From Zymomonas mobilis subsp. mobilis ATCC 10988 (lineage in GTDB: Bacteria; Pseudomonadota; Alphaproteobacteria; Sphingomonadales; Sphingomonadaceae): a DNA stretch of 32,000 bases. The DNA lies in the NCBI RefSeq assembly GCF_000175255.2, contig NC_017262.1, positions 1,860,001-1,892,000 of the forward strand, in the 5' to 3' direction. This document shows, piece by piece, positions 21,548 through 31,043 of the stretch. Each line of letters opens with the position of its first letter. Position 1 is the first letter of the stretch. Both the position numbers and the translations under genes were made by a program. Below the pieces are notes generated by a model. That model saw nothing but the letters and a program-made list of their open reading frames with translations. It was not told the origin of the DNA and made no database searches.

Positions 21548-22117
21548 ATGGTCTTTCTGAATCGCATTTATACTCGCGGCGGGGATGATGGTAAAACTGG
21601 TATAATCGGTGATATCCGTCTTTCTAAAAGCCATGCTCTCATAGACGCCATTGGTGAAATTGATGAAACCAATGCCGCGATCGGTGTCGCTTTAGCAAAA
21701 ATAACTGATCCTTTTTGTCAGGACAGATTAGGCCTTATTCAAAATGATCTTTTCGATCTTGGTGCAGATTTAGCGACGCCTTTTGAAAATAAGATTTCCT
21801 CTTCTCTCCGGATCACAGCTTCTCAAGTTGAAAGGTTAGAACTGGAAATAGACAGGATGAACCAAGATTTACCGGCTCTCAAAAGTTTTATTTTGCCGCA
21901 AGGGCAGGGGGGAATTGCTGAACTTCATCTTGCGCGTGCTATTGCTAGACGGGCTGAAAGAGCGCTTATCAGACTGAATGACAGTGACATTACGATCAAC
22001 GCTGGGATCCGTTGCTATGTAAACCGCTTGTCTGACTATCTTTTTGTGATGGCTCGATGGTTAGGGCAAAAACTAGAGCAAGAACAGCTTTGGGAACCCC
22101 GAAAAGGCAATAGCTAA
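21548..22117 (+). CDS. PduO-type cob(I)yrinic acid a,c-diamide adenosyltransferase
   Basis: NRIYTRGGDDGKTGIIGDIRLSKSHALIDAIGEIDETNAAIGVA and CRxxARRAERxL-type motif (ARAIARRAERALIRLND). Confidence 0.93.
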   Translation: MVFLNRIYTRGGDDGKTGIIGDIRLSKSHALIDAIGEIDETNAAIGVALAKITDPFCQDRLGLIQNDLFDLGADLATPFENKISSSLRITASQVERLELEIDRMNQDLPALKSFILPQGQGGIAELHLARAIARRAERALIRLNDSDITINAGIRCYVNRLSDYLFVMARWLGQKLEQEQLWEPRKGNS

Positions 22118-22250
22118 CAGGTTTTTATTTTACAGCTTTAGACATCATTAGGCAATTAAACGTCGTTATTTTTATTTTTCCCTTGTGGATCAGGCTTTTT
22201 TCCGCAAAAGCGACGTTAACGTAAAATTCTCTTGTTTTCGGAGCCTGTGC

Positions 22251-23156
22251 ATGTCCGCTACTTATGCCCCCGATAGAATCCTGCTTGAAAAGGCAGAGAC
22301 CTTATCCGAAGCGTTGCCTTATATTCAGCGATATGCCGGTAAGATTTTTGTCGTCAAATATGGCGGCCATGCCATGGGTAATCCCGATGCAGCGCAAGAC
22401 TTCGCAGAAGATATCGTTCTTTTAAAGGCGATCGGTATTCATCCCGTTGTTGTGCATGGGGGCGGGCCCCAAATCGGTAAGATGCTGAAGGCTTTAGGTG
22501 TCGAAAGCCAGTTTATTGATGGTTTACGAGTCACCGATAACGAAACAGCCAAGATTGCCGAGATGGTTTTATCAGGCGCTATCAATAAAGATATTGTTTC
22601 TTGGATTGGCCGCGCTGGTGGCCGCGCTGTTGGTATCTCCGGTAAAGACGCCAAACTTGTCGAAGTCGAAAAAGTCAAAAAGACCAGAAAGAATTCTACT
22701 GACGGGCAAGACGAAAATATTGATCTTGGTTTCGTGGGGCGTCCCGTTTCAGTTGACCGTCGCCTTATTGATACGCTGACACAATCCGGTATGATTCCGG
22801 TTGTTGCCCCTATCGGGGTAGGCGCTGATGGCGAAACCTATAATATCAATGCGGATACCATGGCAGGCGCTCTAGCCGCTGGTCTGGAAGCTGCACGCCT
22901 CTTCTTATTGACGGATGTTGCAGGCGTTCTTGATGCCGATAAGAAACTTCTACGGACATTAACGCCTTCCCAGATTGATAGCTTAACGAAGGCGGATGTT
23001 ATTTCAGGCGGTATGATCCCTAAACTGGAAACCTGTATCGAATCCGTCAAAAGTGGTGTTGATGCTGCTGTTATTCTGGATGGTCGCGTGCCACATTCTA
23101 TTCTGATTGAACTCTTTACCGAGCAAGGGGCTGGAACCCTTGTGAAGCTTGATTAA
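22251..23156 (+). CDS. argB: Acetylglutamate kinase
   Basis: [104 protein letters not shown]. Confidence 0.97.
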   Translation: MSATYAPDRILLEKAETLSEALPYIQRYAGKIFVVKYGGHAMGNPDAAQDFAEDIVLLKAIGIHPVVVHGGGPQIGKMLKALGVESQFIDGLRVTDNETAKIAEMVLSGAINKDIVSWIGRAGGRAVGISGKDAKLVEVEKVKKTRKNSTDGQDENIDLGFVGRPVSVDRRLIDTLTQSGMIPVVAPIGVGADGETYNINADTMAGALAAGLEAARLFLLTDVAGVLDADKKLLRTLTPSQIDSLTKADVISGGMIPKLETCIESVKSGVDAAVILDGRVPHSILIELFTEQGAGTLVKLD

Positions 23157-23176
23157 AAAAAGAATAGATAGAGATT

Positions 23177-23755
23177 ATGCTACGTCGGATTTATAACTGG
23201 ACGCTAAGAAGAGCAGCCGATCGGCATGCCTTATTATGGCTCGTGCTGCTGTCTTTTTCCGAAGCCTCGTTCTTTCCTATCCCGACCGAAGCCATGCTCG
23301 TGCCTATGGTTATAGCTCGTCGGGAAAAGGCATGGTTGATGGCATGGCTCGCTACCTTGGCATCTGTTGTCGGGGCTTTGTTTGGTTATGCGATAGGCTA
23401 TTACCTTTATAATAGCCTTGGCGGTTGGCTTATCCATCTTTATGGTTTGGAAGGAAAAGCGCATAGCTTTCAGGATTGGTATGCCCGATATGGGGCTATC
23501 GTAATCCTGGTAAAGGGATTGACCCCAATACCTTTTAAACTGGTCACGATTGCAAGCGGTTTTGCTCATTATAATATTTTGAGTTTTCTTGCCGCTGCCT
23601 TTGTTAGTCGCGGATTGCGCTTCTTCTGTGTCGCAGGGCTTTTACGCCGTTATGGCAAACCGATTGAACAATTCATTGAAAAAAGGCTGACCTTAGTTGC
23701 TTCCGCCTGCTTATTATTATTGGTTGGCGGCTTCGCTTTGGTGAAAGTCTTATAA
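23177..23755 (+). CDS. YqaA/DedA-like (SNARE-associated/VTT domain) membrane protein
   Basis: SFSEASFFPIPTEAMLVPMVIARREKAW, GYAIGYYLYNSLGG, YGAIVILVKGLTPIPFKLVTIASGFAHYN motifs typical of the YqaA subfamily. Confidence 0.85.
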   Translation: MLRRIYNWTLRRAADRHALLWLVLLSFSEASFFPIPTEAMLVPMVIARREKAWLMAWLATLASVVGALFGYAIGYYLYNSLGGWLIHLYGLEGKAHSFQDWYARYGAIVILVKGLTPIPFKLVTIASGFAHYNILSFLAAAFVSRGLRFFCVAGLLRRYGKPIEQFIEKRLTLVASACLLLLVGGFALVKVL

Positions 23756-23780
23756 AAGATAACAATAATAAAATCTGAAG

Positions 23781-23820
23781 ATATCATGCTTAATCATTTA
23801 TTTAGGCATGATATTTTTTA
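23781..23820 (+). terminator. Terminator after the YqaA-like gene
   Basis: ATATCATGC (23781-23789) / GCATGATAT (23806-23814) followed by TTTTTT. Confidence 0.75.
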
Positions 23821-24094
23821 GATATTTAATTAAAATCTCTATATGCAGTAATTCCCTAATTTGAAGGGATGTAAAAACACAGAAAAATGCATCTTCTTAA
23901 TTATATAAAAAATAATTTATTGTAATTTTTAGAAAATTTAAATAATTTAATTATAATAAAATGATATTAAAATAAGTACTTTATTACATCTATTGTTTAT
24001 ATACTTGATCAATATCTGTTGGTTTAGAAATGTCATCAAAGATATTCGAGATCAATCGCTAATAGGGCTAGACATCCTCTTAAAACAAAGAATG

Positions 24095-24238
<144 letters not shown>

Positions 24239-24450
24239 CTCAAGAATAACTATTTTATGGGGCAGGTGCGTTAGAAGTCCAAGCTGATGGCTTGATCCGA
24301 ACCGGGTCAATGTTGGCCAGCTGTTAGCTTTCCACTATTTTATTTCCAACGAATCCACCCTACTGGCAAGCCATATCCTCTATGCTCGAAGCTCAATACA
24401 TTATCGAAATACGATCGAGCCAATCATCCTTAAGATAAAAATAATTTGCT

Positions 24451-24495
24451 CCAAAAATATTTAAGGCAGCTTCCAGTTATGAACCGGCGCTGCCT
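24451..24495 (-). terminator. Putative terminator for the 24559-25371 outer-membrane gene
   Basis: AGGCAGC (24464-24470) / GCTGCCT (24489-24495) stem; minus-strand read continues TTAAATATTTTTGG. Confidence 0.5.
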
Positions 24496-24558
24496 CAAAT
24501 ATAATCTATAGCCTAGATATTTTGTGCCTTAAATCACAAGATTTATAAGGCTGGAATC

Positions 24559-25371
24559 CTAGGGGAAACGGAAACCGAAACCAAGCGTTGCACGCGAACG
24601 AGACGTGTGGTTACCGAACTGCGTCCAGCGATACTGGGCGTTCATGAAGAAGTTCTTGGTGATCGAATATTCGATACCACCACCAACGGAATAGCCGTTG
24701 CTCCAACCGACATATTTGCTGTTTGGAGCAGCCACCCCGGCACCATTGACAGATACATTCCGCTGTTTACCAGAAGCATAACCACCAGCCATATAGATCA
24801 ACAGATCTTTGGTCGGAAGGAAGCCCATACGCAAAGTTGCATCCCATTCCTGGAACATTTTGCGGGCAGAATAGCTGTCCGTACCAATTTGTCCGATATT
24901 ATTACCCTGGCTACCGAGAGCAATGTTGTTACCAGCATTCTTTTCCCACATTTTACTGGGGTTCCAGTAGCTGCCTTCAACGCCGAAAACGAAGAAGTTA
25001 TCAACAACAGCATCAACACCGAGCGTGCCACCATAGCCCATGTTATTACGGCCAGTGGTGTGGTTTGCTTGGGCACGAGTCCAACCAATATCACCTTCAA
25101 CACGCAGACCGCGGAATTTGATGCCGCTGTGGTTAGCAACTTCATTTGGGTCTGGGGTCAGCGGAACGGGCTGAACAGCAGGCTGTGCGACAGTATCCTG
25201 AGCGACAACCGGCGCATCCTGAACAGGTGCGCTACCATCCGAAGCGGATGTGTCTGATACTGCTGGGGCGCCATAGGAAGGGGTCGCAGGCTGAGGTACA
25301 GTATCCTGTGCCCATGCCTGTGATGCAACCGCTGTGGTCAAGGCTGTTGCTGCAAGATAAAGCTTACGCAT
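24559..25371 (-). CDS. Outer-membrane beta-barrel protein with signal peptide and Pro/Ala-rich N-terminal segment
   Basis: MRKLYLAATALTTAVASQAWA signal; GLRVEGDIGWTRAQ, YGGTLGVDAVVDNFFVFGVEGSYW, C-terminal RATLGFGFRF ending in F, typical of OmpA/Opa-like 8-strand barrels. Confidence 0.85.
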   Translation of the reverse strand: MRKLYLAATALTTAVASQAWAQDTVPQPATPSYGAPAVSDTSASDGSAPVQDAPVVAQDTVAQPAVQPVPLTPDPNEVANHSGIKFRGLRVEGDIGWTRAQANHTTGRNNMGYGGTLGVDAVVDNFFVFGVEGSYWNPSKMWEKNAGNNIALGSQGNNIGQIGTDSYSARKMFQEWDATLRMGFLPTKDLLIYMAGGYASGKQRNVSVNGAGVAAPNSKYVGWSNGYSVGGGIEYSITKNFFMNAQYRWTQFGNHTSRSRATLGFGFRFP

Positions 25372-25622
25372 GCAATATACTCCATTTCACATGCGACTTC
25401 GGGAATATTGATCGTCCGTAGTCGCTGTCGGAAAAGTTTTATACAAAGAAAAAAGTGCTAAACAAAGTTAGTTATTGACCCAACTTACTGTGTTTATACT
25501 CTCCGGTTCTGCTGACATGGACGATTTTACACATAAATCCAATGTTATGCACCGCTCTATCTTATATTGCCCATTCCTATGTGGTAATGACGCAACAATT
25601 ATTTGAAGATAAAGCAACATTC

Positions 25623-25652
25623 AAGCTCCGGTTAAAAAGATAACCGGAGCTT
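25623..25652. terminator. 12-bp perfect hairpin between the two outer-membrane genes
   Basis: AAGCTCCGGTTA / TAACCGGAGCTT with loop AAAAGA; 3' of the 25666-26280 minus-strand gene. Confidence 0.55.
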
Positions 25653-25665
25653 TATTTATGAAAAA

Positions 25666-26280
25666 TTATCTGAAGCGCACACCGAAGCCGAGCGTAGCAC
25701 GCTGGCGGGAGGTGTGATTAGAGAACTGAGAGTAACGATACTGGGCGTTCATGAAGAACATCTTGCTGATGGAATATTCAACACCACCACCGACGGAATA
25801 ACCATCGCTCCAGCCAACATTGCGGTAACCGCCAACGCCAGTACCGCCAACACCGGTATAAAGGGTGCGTTCACGGGTCGTTGCATAACCACCAACTGCA
25901 TAAAGCAGGATATCAGGCTGTGCGAGGAAACCCATACGGATAGAAGCATCCCACTCCTGGAAAGCTTTGGTAGAAACACTACCGCCATTACCGTTGGTTG
26001 CCATGTTGTTACCGTTATTGTCGCCCCACATTTTACTGGGGTTCCAATAGGTACCTTCTGCACCGACTACGAAATATTTACCGATCTGACCATCGATACC
26101 AGCGGTACCACCATAGCCCATGTTATTCTGGCCGACGCCATTTGCCCGCGCACGATCCCATCCGATGTCACCTTCAATACGGAAACCACGAAAGGTTGTC
26201 GGGGTATTTATAACCTGAGCCGGTGCCTGCGCCGCAATAGCAGCCGTTGCAACGGCGGCAGCAAAAATTATCTTACGCAT
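25666..26280 (-). CDS. Outer-membrane beta-barrel protein, paralogue of the 24559-25371 gene
   Basis: MRKIIFAAAVATAAIAAQAPA signal; FRGFRIEGDIGWDRARANGVGQNNMGYGGTAGIDGQIGKYFVVGAEGTYWNPSKMWG...RATLGFGVRFR, closely similar over the barrel to its neighbour. Confidence 0.85.
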   Translation of the reverse strand: MRKIIFAAAVATAAIAAQAPAQVINTPTTFRGFRIEGDIGWDRARANGVGQNNMGYGGTAGIDGQIGKYFVVGAEGTYWNPSKMWGDNNGNNMATNGNGGSVSTKAFQEWDASIRMGFLAQPDILLYAVGGYATTRERTLYTGVGGTGVGGYRNVGWSDGYSVGGGVEYSISKMFFMNAQYRYSQFSNHTSRQRATLGFGVRFR

Positions 26281-26672
26281 AAATTACTCCACTTCCGAAC
26301 TCGGCATGGTCTCTATATCATTTTACACATAAGCAAAACGATAAGCTAATGCACCCATTCACGAGATATCTATTAACCTATAGTTTCGTAAATAGCATGT
26401 TTAAAATATTATTGCATAATATCGGGGTTGTATTGTTTATTTTTAGACTTGATTAGTAAAATATACTATAAAACAATGATTATGTTGCCATCGTGCAACA
26501 GATGGTAACGAAGAAATTCTCCTCATTATTTTCTTTACAAAGGCCCCGTTTTTAAAACTAAATTTCTAAAAATTAGATAATATTTATACAATAATATTAT
26601 GAATGTTCCGCCTCTATACCAAAGGCATAATAATTATCAATATTCAAAGTTGTCATTTTAAGGAATATTTTC

Positions 26673-27473
26673 ATGGCCGTGGCAATTGTTATACCCGCTC
26701 GTTTCGCCTCAACCCGTTATCCGGGCAAGCCTCTTGTGCCCTTGGCGGGGGCAGATGGTGACAAAAAGCCCCTTATTATACGGAGCTGGATGGCGGCATC
26801 TTCCGTCCGTGGTGTCGATCGTGTCGTTGTTGCAACAGATGATCAGCGTATTGCGGATGTTGTGCAAAAAGCGGGTGGCGAGGCTTTAATGACCCCGACA
26901 TCTTGCCGAAATGGAACCGAACGCTGTGCAGCTGTTCTCGATCAGCTTGGCGATGACTATGACCTGATTATCAATTTTCAGGGAGATGCGCCCTTAACAC
27001 CCGCTTTTATTGTTGAAAAGCTGATCGATATTATGAAAGACTCACCGGAATATGGTATTGCGACTCCTGCCGTGACGACTTCGCCCACCGTTCGGTTTCA
27101 GTTGTTCGATGACCAGAAGCAAGGTTTGGTTGGGGGAACAACCGTGGTTCGCAATAAGAAAGGTGAAGCGCTGTATTTTTCGAAATCAGTCATTCCTCAT
27201 CTTTCCAAGGCAGATCGCGCCGATCCTGATCTACCTGTTTTCTTACATATCGGCCTTTATGCTTACAGACCGGATACTTTGCGGCAATATGCGTCCCGAG
27301 CCCCTTCAAAATTGGAATTGATTGAAGGACTGGAACAATTACGCTTTTTGGATGAAGGAATAGCGGTTAAGGTTCCGCTCATCGACAAACCTGATCTTGA
27401 ATTATGGGAATTGAACAATCCGGTTGATCGTGACCTGATTGAAGCCACTTTAATGGCGCGTGGTATAAAATAA
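26673..27473 (+). CDS. kdsB: 3-deoxy-manno-octulosonate cytidylyltransferase
   Basis: [90 protein letters not shown]. Confidence 0.95.
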   Translation: MAVAIVIPARFASTRYPGKPLVPLAGADGDKKPLIIRSWMAASSVRGVDRVVVATDDQRIADVVQKAGGEALMTPTSCRNGTERCAAVLDQLGDDYDLIINFQGDAPLTPAFIVEKLIDIMKDSPEYGIATPAVTTSPTVRFQLFDDQKQGLVGGTTVVRNKKGEALYFSKSVIPHLSKADRADPDLPVFLHIGLYAYRPDTLRQYASRAPSKLELIEGLEQLRFLDEGIAVKVPLIDKPDLELWELNNPVDRDLIEATLMARGIK

Positions 27474-27489
27474 GCGAAAGCAACATGCT

Positions 27490-28368
27490 ATGTCTAACAA
27501 ACTAAATAACCAATATCCGAGCCTTAATCTTTGTGGTCAGGAGGTTGGGCTTGGGCATAAATTATTTTTGATTGCAGGCCCCTGTGTCATTGAAACCGAG
27601 GATCTGACCCTAAGAACAGCCGAGCGGTTGAAAAAGATCGCTGAAAAGCTGGGCATTCTTTTGATCTACAAAAGCTCTTTTGACAAAGCGAATCGCTCTT
27701 CCAGCCAATCTTTCCGTGGCCCCGGTATAGATGAAGGCCTTCGTATTCTTGAAAAAGTGCAACGAGATGTTGGTCTGCCGGTTTTGACCGACGTGCATAC
27801 CGCCTCACAGGTGCAAACTGTTGCCGAAGTTGTAGATGTTTTGCAGACTCCTGCTTTTCTTGTCCGTCAAACTGACTTGATCGAAGCGGCCGCGGCCTCT
27901 GGCCGTCCGGTTAATATCAAAAAAGGACAGTTCTTGGCTCCGGGCGATATGGCCAATGTCGTTGCCAAAGCACGGGTCGCCGCTGCCGAAGTGGGTATCG
28001 CTGCCCCTTCTATTATGGTTGCAGAGCGCGGTGCCTGTTTCGGCTATAATAATCTGGTTTCCGATATGCGGGGATTGGTGATTATGCGGGAAACCAACTG
28101 TCCGTTGGTTTTTGATGCGACCCATTCTGTCCAACTCCCGGGTGGTCTTGGGAATAAGAGCAGTGGCGAGCGGCAGTTTGTTTCTGTTCTGGCGCGTGCT
28201 GCTGTTTCTGTCGGTATTGCCGGATTGTTCTTGGAAACGCATCCTGATCCGGCCAATGCTCTGTCGGATGGGCCTAATACGGTGCCGCTTGATCATCTGG
28301 AACCGTTACTGACCAATCTGGTTGATCTTGATAGCTTTGTGAAAGAACGCCACTTGATTGATCAATAA
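27490..28368 (+). CDS. kdsA: 2-dehydro-3-deoxyphosphooctonate aldolase (KDO-8-P synthase)
   Basis: [93 protein letters not shown]. Confidence 0.97.
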   Translation: MSNKLNNQYPSLNLCGQEVGLGHKLFLIAGPCVIETEDLTLRTAERLKKIAEKLGILLIYKSSFDKANRSSSQSFRGPGIDEGLRILEKVQRDVGLPVLTDVHTASQVQTVAEVVDVLQTPAFLVRQTDLIEAAAASGRPVNIKKGQFLAPGDMANVVAKARVAAAEVGIAAPSIMVAERGACFGYNNLVSDMRGLVIMRETNCPLVFDATHSVQLPGGLGNKSSGERQFVSVLARAAVSVGIAGLFLETHPDPANALSDGPNTVPLDHLEPLLTNLVDLDSFVKERHLIDQ

Positions 28369-28494
28369 GAAGGTCAATCATTTGATTATATCTGATTTTT
28401 ATCCAGCGCTATTTTAAGAAAGAATCTGTCCCGTCAATATGTAAGTAACTTTTTTACCTTAAAAGCCAATTGGGCTTTGGTACAAAAAGGAGCG

Positions 28495-29277
28495 ATGAGG
28501 ATGGGGCAGATTCAACAACCGATACAAGGGTATGACAGCACGTCACCTTGCGGCGACAATCGAGACCCACAGCCTTTCGACTTCAATTTTATTTTTGCTT
28601 TCCAGCCCATCGTCAATATCAAGAATGGCCACATTTACGCGCAAGAAGCCTTAGTTCGTGGATTAAAGGGCGAGGGGGCTCACAGCATTCTTTCCCGAAT
28701 TGATGAAAATAATCGCTATAGTTTTGACCAGAAAGCCCGTGATAAAGCTCTGCAATCGGCATTATCTTGTAATTGGGATGGTGCTATCAGTATCAACTTC
28801 ATGCCGAATGCCGTTTATTATCCCGAATATTGCCTTAGCCAGACGTTATCCACTTGTGAAAAGCTGGGGATCAATCCTGCTCGCCTTATTTTTGAATGGT
28901 CGGAAAAAGAATATCTCACCGAATATGACCATATTCGCCATGTTATCTCACGCTATAAGCATTTAAATTTTAAAGTTGCTTTTGATGATTTCGGCGGCCT
29001 TTATTCGAATTTTAATCTTTTGACAGCCTATCATCCCGATATCATCAAGCTCGATCGGCATTATGTTGTTGGCATCGAACATGACAAAAGACGGCGTGCC
29101 GTTGTCAAAGCGATGGTAGGTCTATGTCGCGATCTTGGTATCGATTTTGTCGTCGAAGGCGTCGAAACAATAGAAGAATTTAAAGTTTTGCAAGACCTTG
29201 GTGTTGATTTGATGCAAGGTTTTTTGTTGGCTCGCCCTGCATTGATGCAAATGCCACAGGCAACGATGCCCCCTTAA
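28495..29277 (+). CDS. Stand-alone EAL domain protein, probable c-di-GMP phosphodiesterase (start 28495 or 28501)
   Basis: YAQEALVRG, SINFMPNAVY, FEWSEKE, FKVAFDDFGG, DIIKLDRHYV, FVVEGVETIEE, LMQGFLLARP: EAL catalytic motifs all recognisable; no other domain in the ORF. Confidence 0.88.
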   Translation: MRMGQIQQPIQGYDSTSPCGDNRDPQPFDFNFIFAFQPIVNIKNGHIYAQEALVRGLKGEGAHSILSRIDENNRYSFDQKARDKALQSALSCNWDGAISINFMPNAVYYPEYCLSQTLSTCEKLGINPARLIFEWSEKEYLTEYDHIRHVISRYKHLNFKVAFDDFGGLYSNFNLLTAYHPDIIKLDRHYVVGIEHDKRRRAVVKAMVGLCRDLGIDFVVEGVETIEEFKVLQDLGVDLMQGFLLARPALMQMPQATMPP

Positions 29278-29497
29278 GAAAAGGGCGTTACCTTAATAGA
29301 ATGAAAGGTCTATTTTTTGACTATCCCAGAAGAATAGAAACAGATGAGATAATCCTATTCTCCATAGAAGAAAGCTAAACTCTCTTCCTTCCAGATAAAA
29401 AGTTAAGGTCGATATTGCCATTTACCCTTGGCAAAAATGAATAATTGCGTTACTAGCCCGCTTCATATCGACTAGAATAATGGTTGCTGCCATTTGC

Positions 29498-29587
<90 letters not shown>

Positions 29588-29596
29588 TAAAACAGC

Positions 29597-30937
29597 TTAA
29601 TTCCCTGAAAGATTTTTAGCGATTTTAACGGCATAACGATCAGTCATGCCAGACACACAATCCGTTAAAGCATGAAGCGCCTCATAAGGGGTTCCGACGC
29701 CTCTTATATCAATCCCGACTGTCCGGCATAACTGTCGATGATAAGCTTCCAGTTTTTCACTATCCCAATTTTTTTGCATCAAATCATCAAGGATAGGCAA
29801 AATACCATTCAAAATTCGGTGGATTACATTTCTGCCATAGACTTCTAACTCAGTCTTTCTGCGCGATGTGAATAAACGATCTTCCGCTATATTTCTGATT
29901 TTCTTAAAACCCTCTTTGATGCTAGATTCTTCGATCAGGGATGTCGAAAATTGTCCTGACATCAATGCATCATAATGGGCTTTAAACGCTTCGACACAGG
30001 CATCAATCGCTCTACCAATACAAACAGCCCGAGCATGAGCAATCTCTTCGGTGTTATTATAATCTGGCTGCTTAGGAGGAAGGAGGTCTGGAGCGATTGT
30101 TTTGAAAAGATGGATAATTTCATCTTTACCTAAATCGCCTGAAGCATAGGCATCTTCAAGATCAAGGATATTGTAGCAAATATCATCTGCGGCTTCGACC
30201 AGAAAAACTAACGGATCACGCCGCCACCAGCAGCGATCATTCGTCTTTTCAGATTTTAGCTCAAGGGCTTCAGCCACTTCTTCAAAAAGAGCTAATTCAC
30301 TTTTAAAAATACCGCTTTTTTTAAGACCGCAATAGGGGTGATCTGTAAAGGCCTGCTTTTGAATATCAGCTGTTACCGGATATTTAACAAAAGCTCCCAA
30401 TACACCATAAGACAGGCGCATCCCTCCCTCATAGCGGTACATTTCAAGCTGGGTCAGCAAACGAAAGCCTTGGGCATTGCCGTCAAAACTCTTAAATTCT
30501 TCTCTGTCTTCAGGCGCAATGGCTTTTAACAAAGGGGATGATTCTGCCATTTTTTGAGCGAACCACGCGCCGATGGCATTTTCTCCGGCATGACCAAAAG
30601 GCGGATTGCCAATATCATGGGCAAGACAAGCCGCTTGAACAATCCCAGCAATAGTGTGGCGTTCTCCTTCTGTAATTTCCTTTTGATTTTCTAGCCAATG
30701 ACCGATTTTTATACCCAAAGATCTTCCAACACTGGCGGTTTCAACGCTATGAATAAGACGATGATGAATATGGTCATTTTCATAAAGCGGATGAACTTGC
30801 GTTTTATTCGCCAACCGCCGGAAAGCGGATGAAAAAGTAATCCGGTCTGCATCTTGAATAAAAGCAGGGCGATCCTGATTTTGCTGATAATCAGGTGCCG
30901 ATAGCCGCTTGTGGCTCAGTAGTCTTTCCCATTTCAT
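29597..30937 (-). CDS. dgt: Deoxyguanosinetriphosphate triphosphohydrolase-like (HD) protein
   Basis: ITFSSAFRRLANKTQVHPL, HHRLIHSVETASVGRSLG, AACLAHDIGNPPFGHAGENAI, VEAADDICYNILDLEDA: HD-domain dNTPase signatures. Confidence 0.93.
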   Translation of the reverse strand: MKWERLLSHKRLSAPDYQQNQDRPAFIQDADRITFSSAFRRLANKTQVHPLYENDHIHHRLIHSVETASVGRSLGIKIGHWLENQKEITEGERHTIAGIVQAACLAHDIGNPPFGHAGENAIGAWFAQKMAESSPLLKAIAPEDREEFKSFDGNAQGFRLLTQLEMYRYEGGMRLSYGVLGAFVKYPVTADIQKQAFTDHPYCGLKKSGIFKSELALFEEVAEALELKSEKTNDRCWWRRDPLVFLVEAADDICYNILDLEDAYASGDLGKDEIIHLFKTIAPDLLPPKQPDYNNTEEIAHARAVCIGRAIDACVEAFKAHYDALMSGQFSTSLIEESSIKEGFKKIRNIAEDRLFTSRRKTELEVYGRNVIHRILNGILPILDDLMQKNWDSEKLEAYHRQLCRTVGIDIRGVGTPYEALHALTDCVSGMTDRYAVKIAKNLSGN

Positions 30938-31043
30938 TTCGTCTATTCCAAAGAGATTTATTCAAATATCACTATAAAATAGGTCGCTTCGGGATAGAAA
31001 ACAGTCGGTCTTCCCTATTTTAATTTGATCAAGGTATTCCAAT

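Noticed and set aside
27805-28296. 163-aa minus-strand ORF
   Set aside because: Entirely antisense to kdsA, which has full family signatures.
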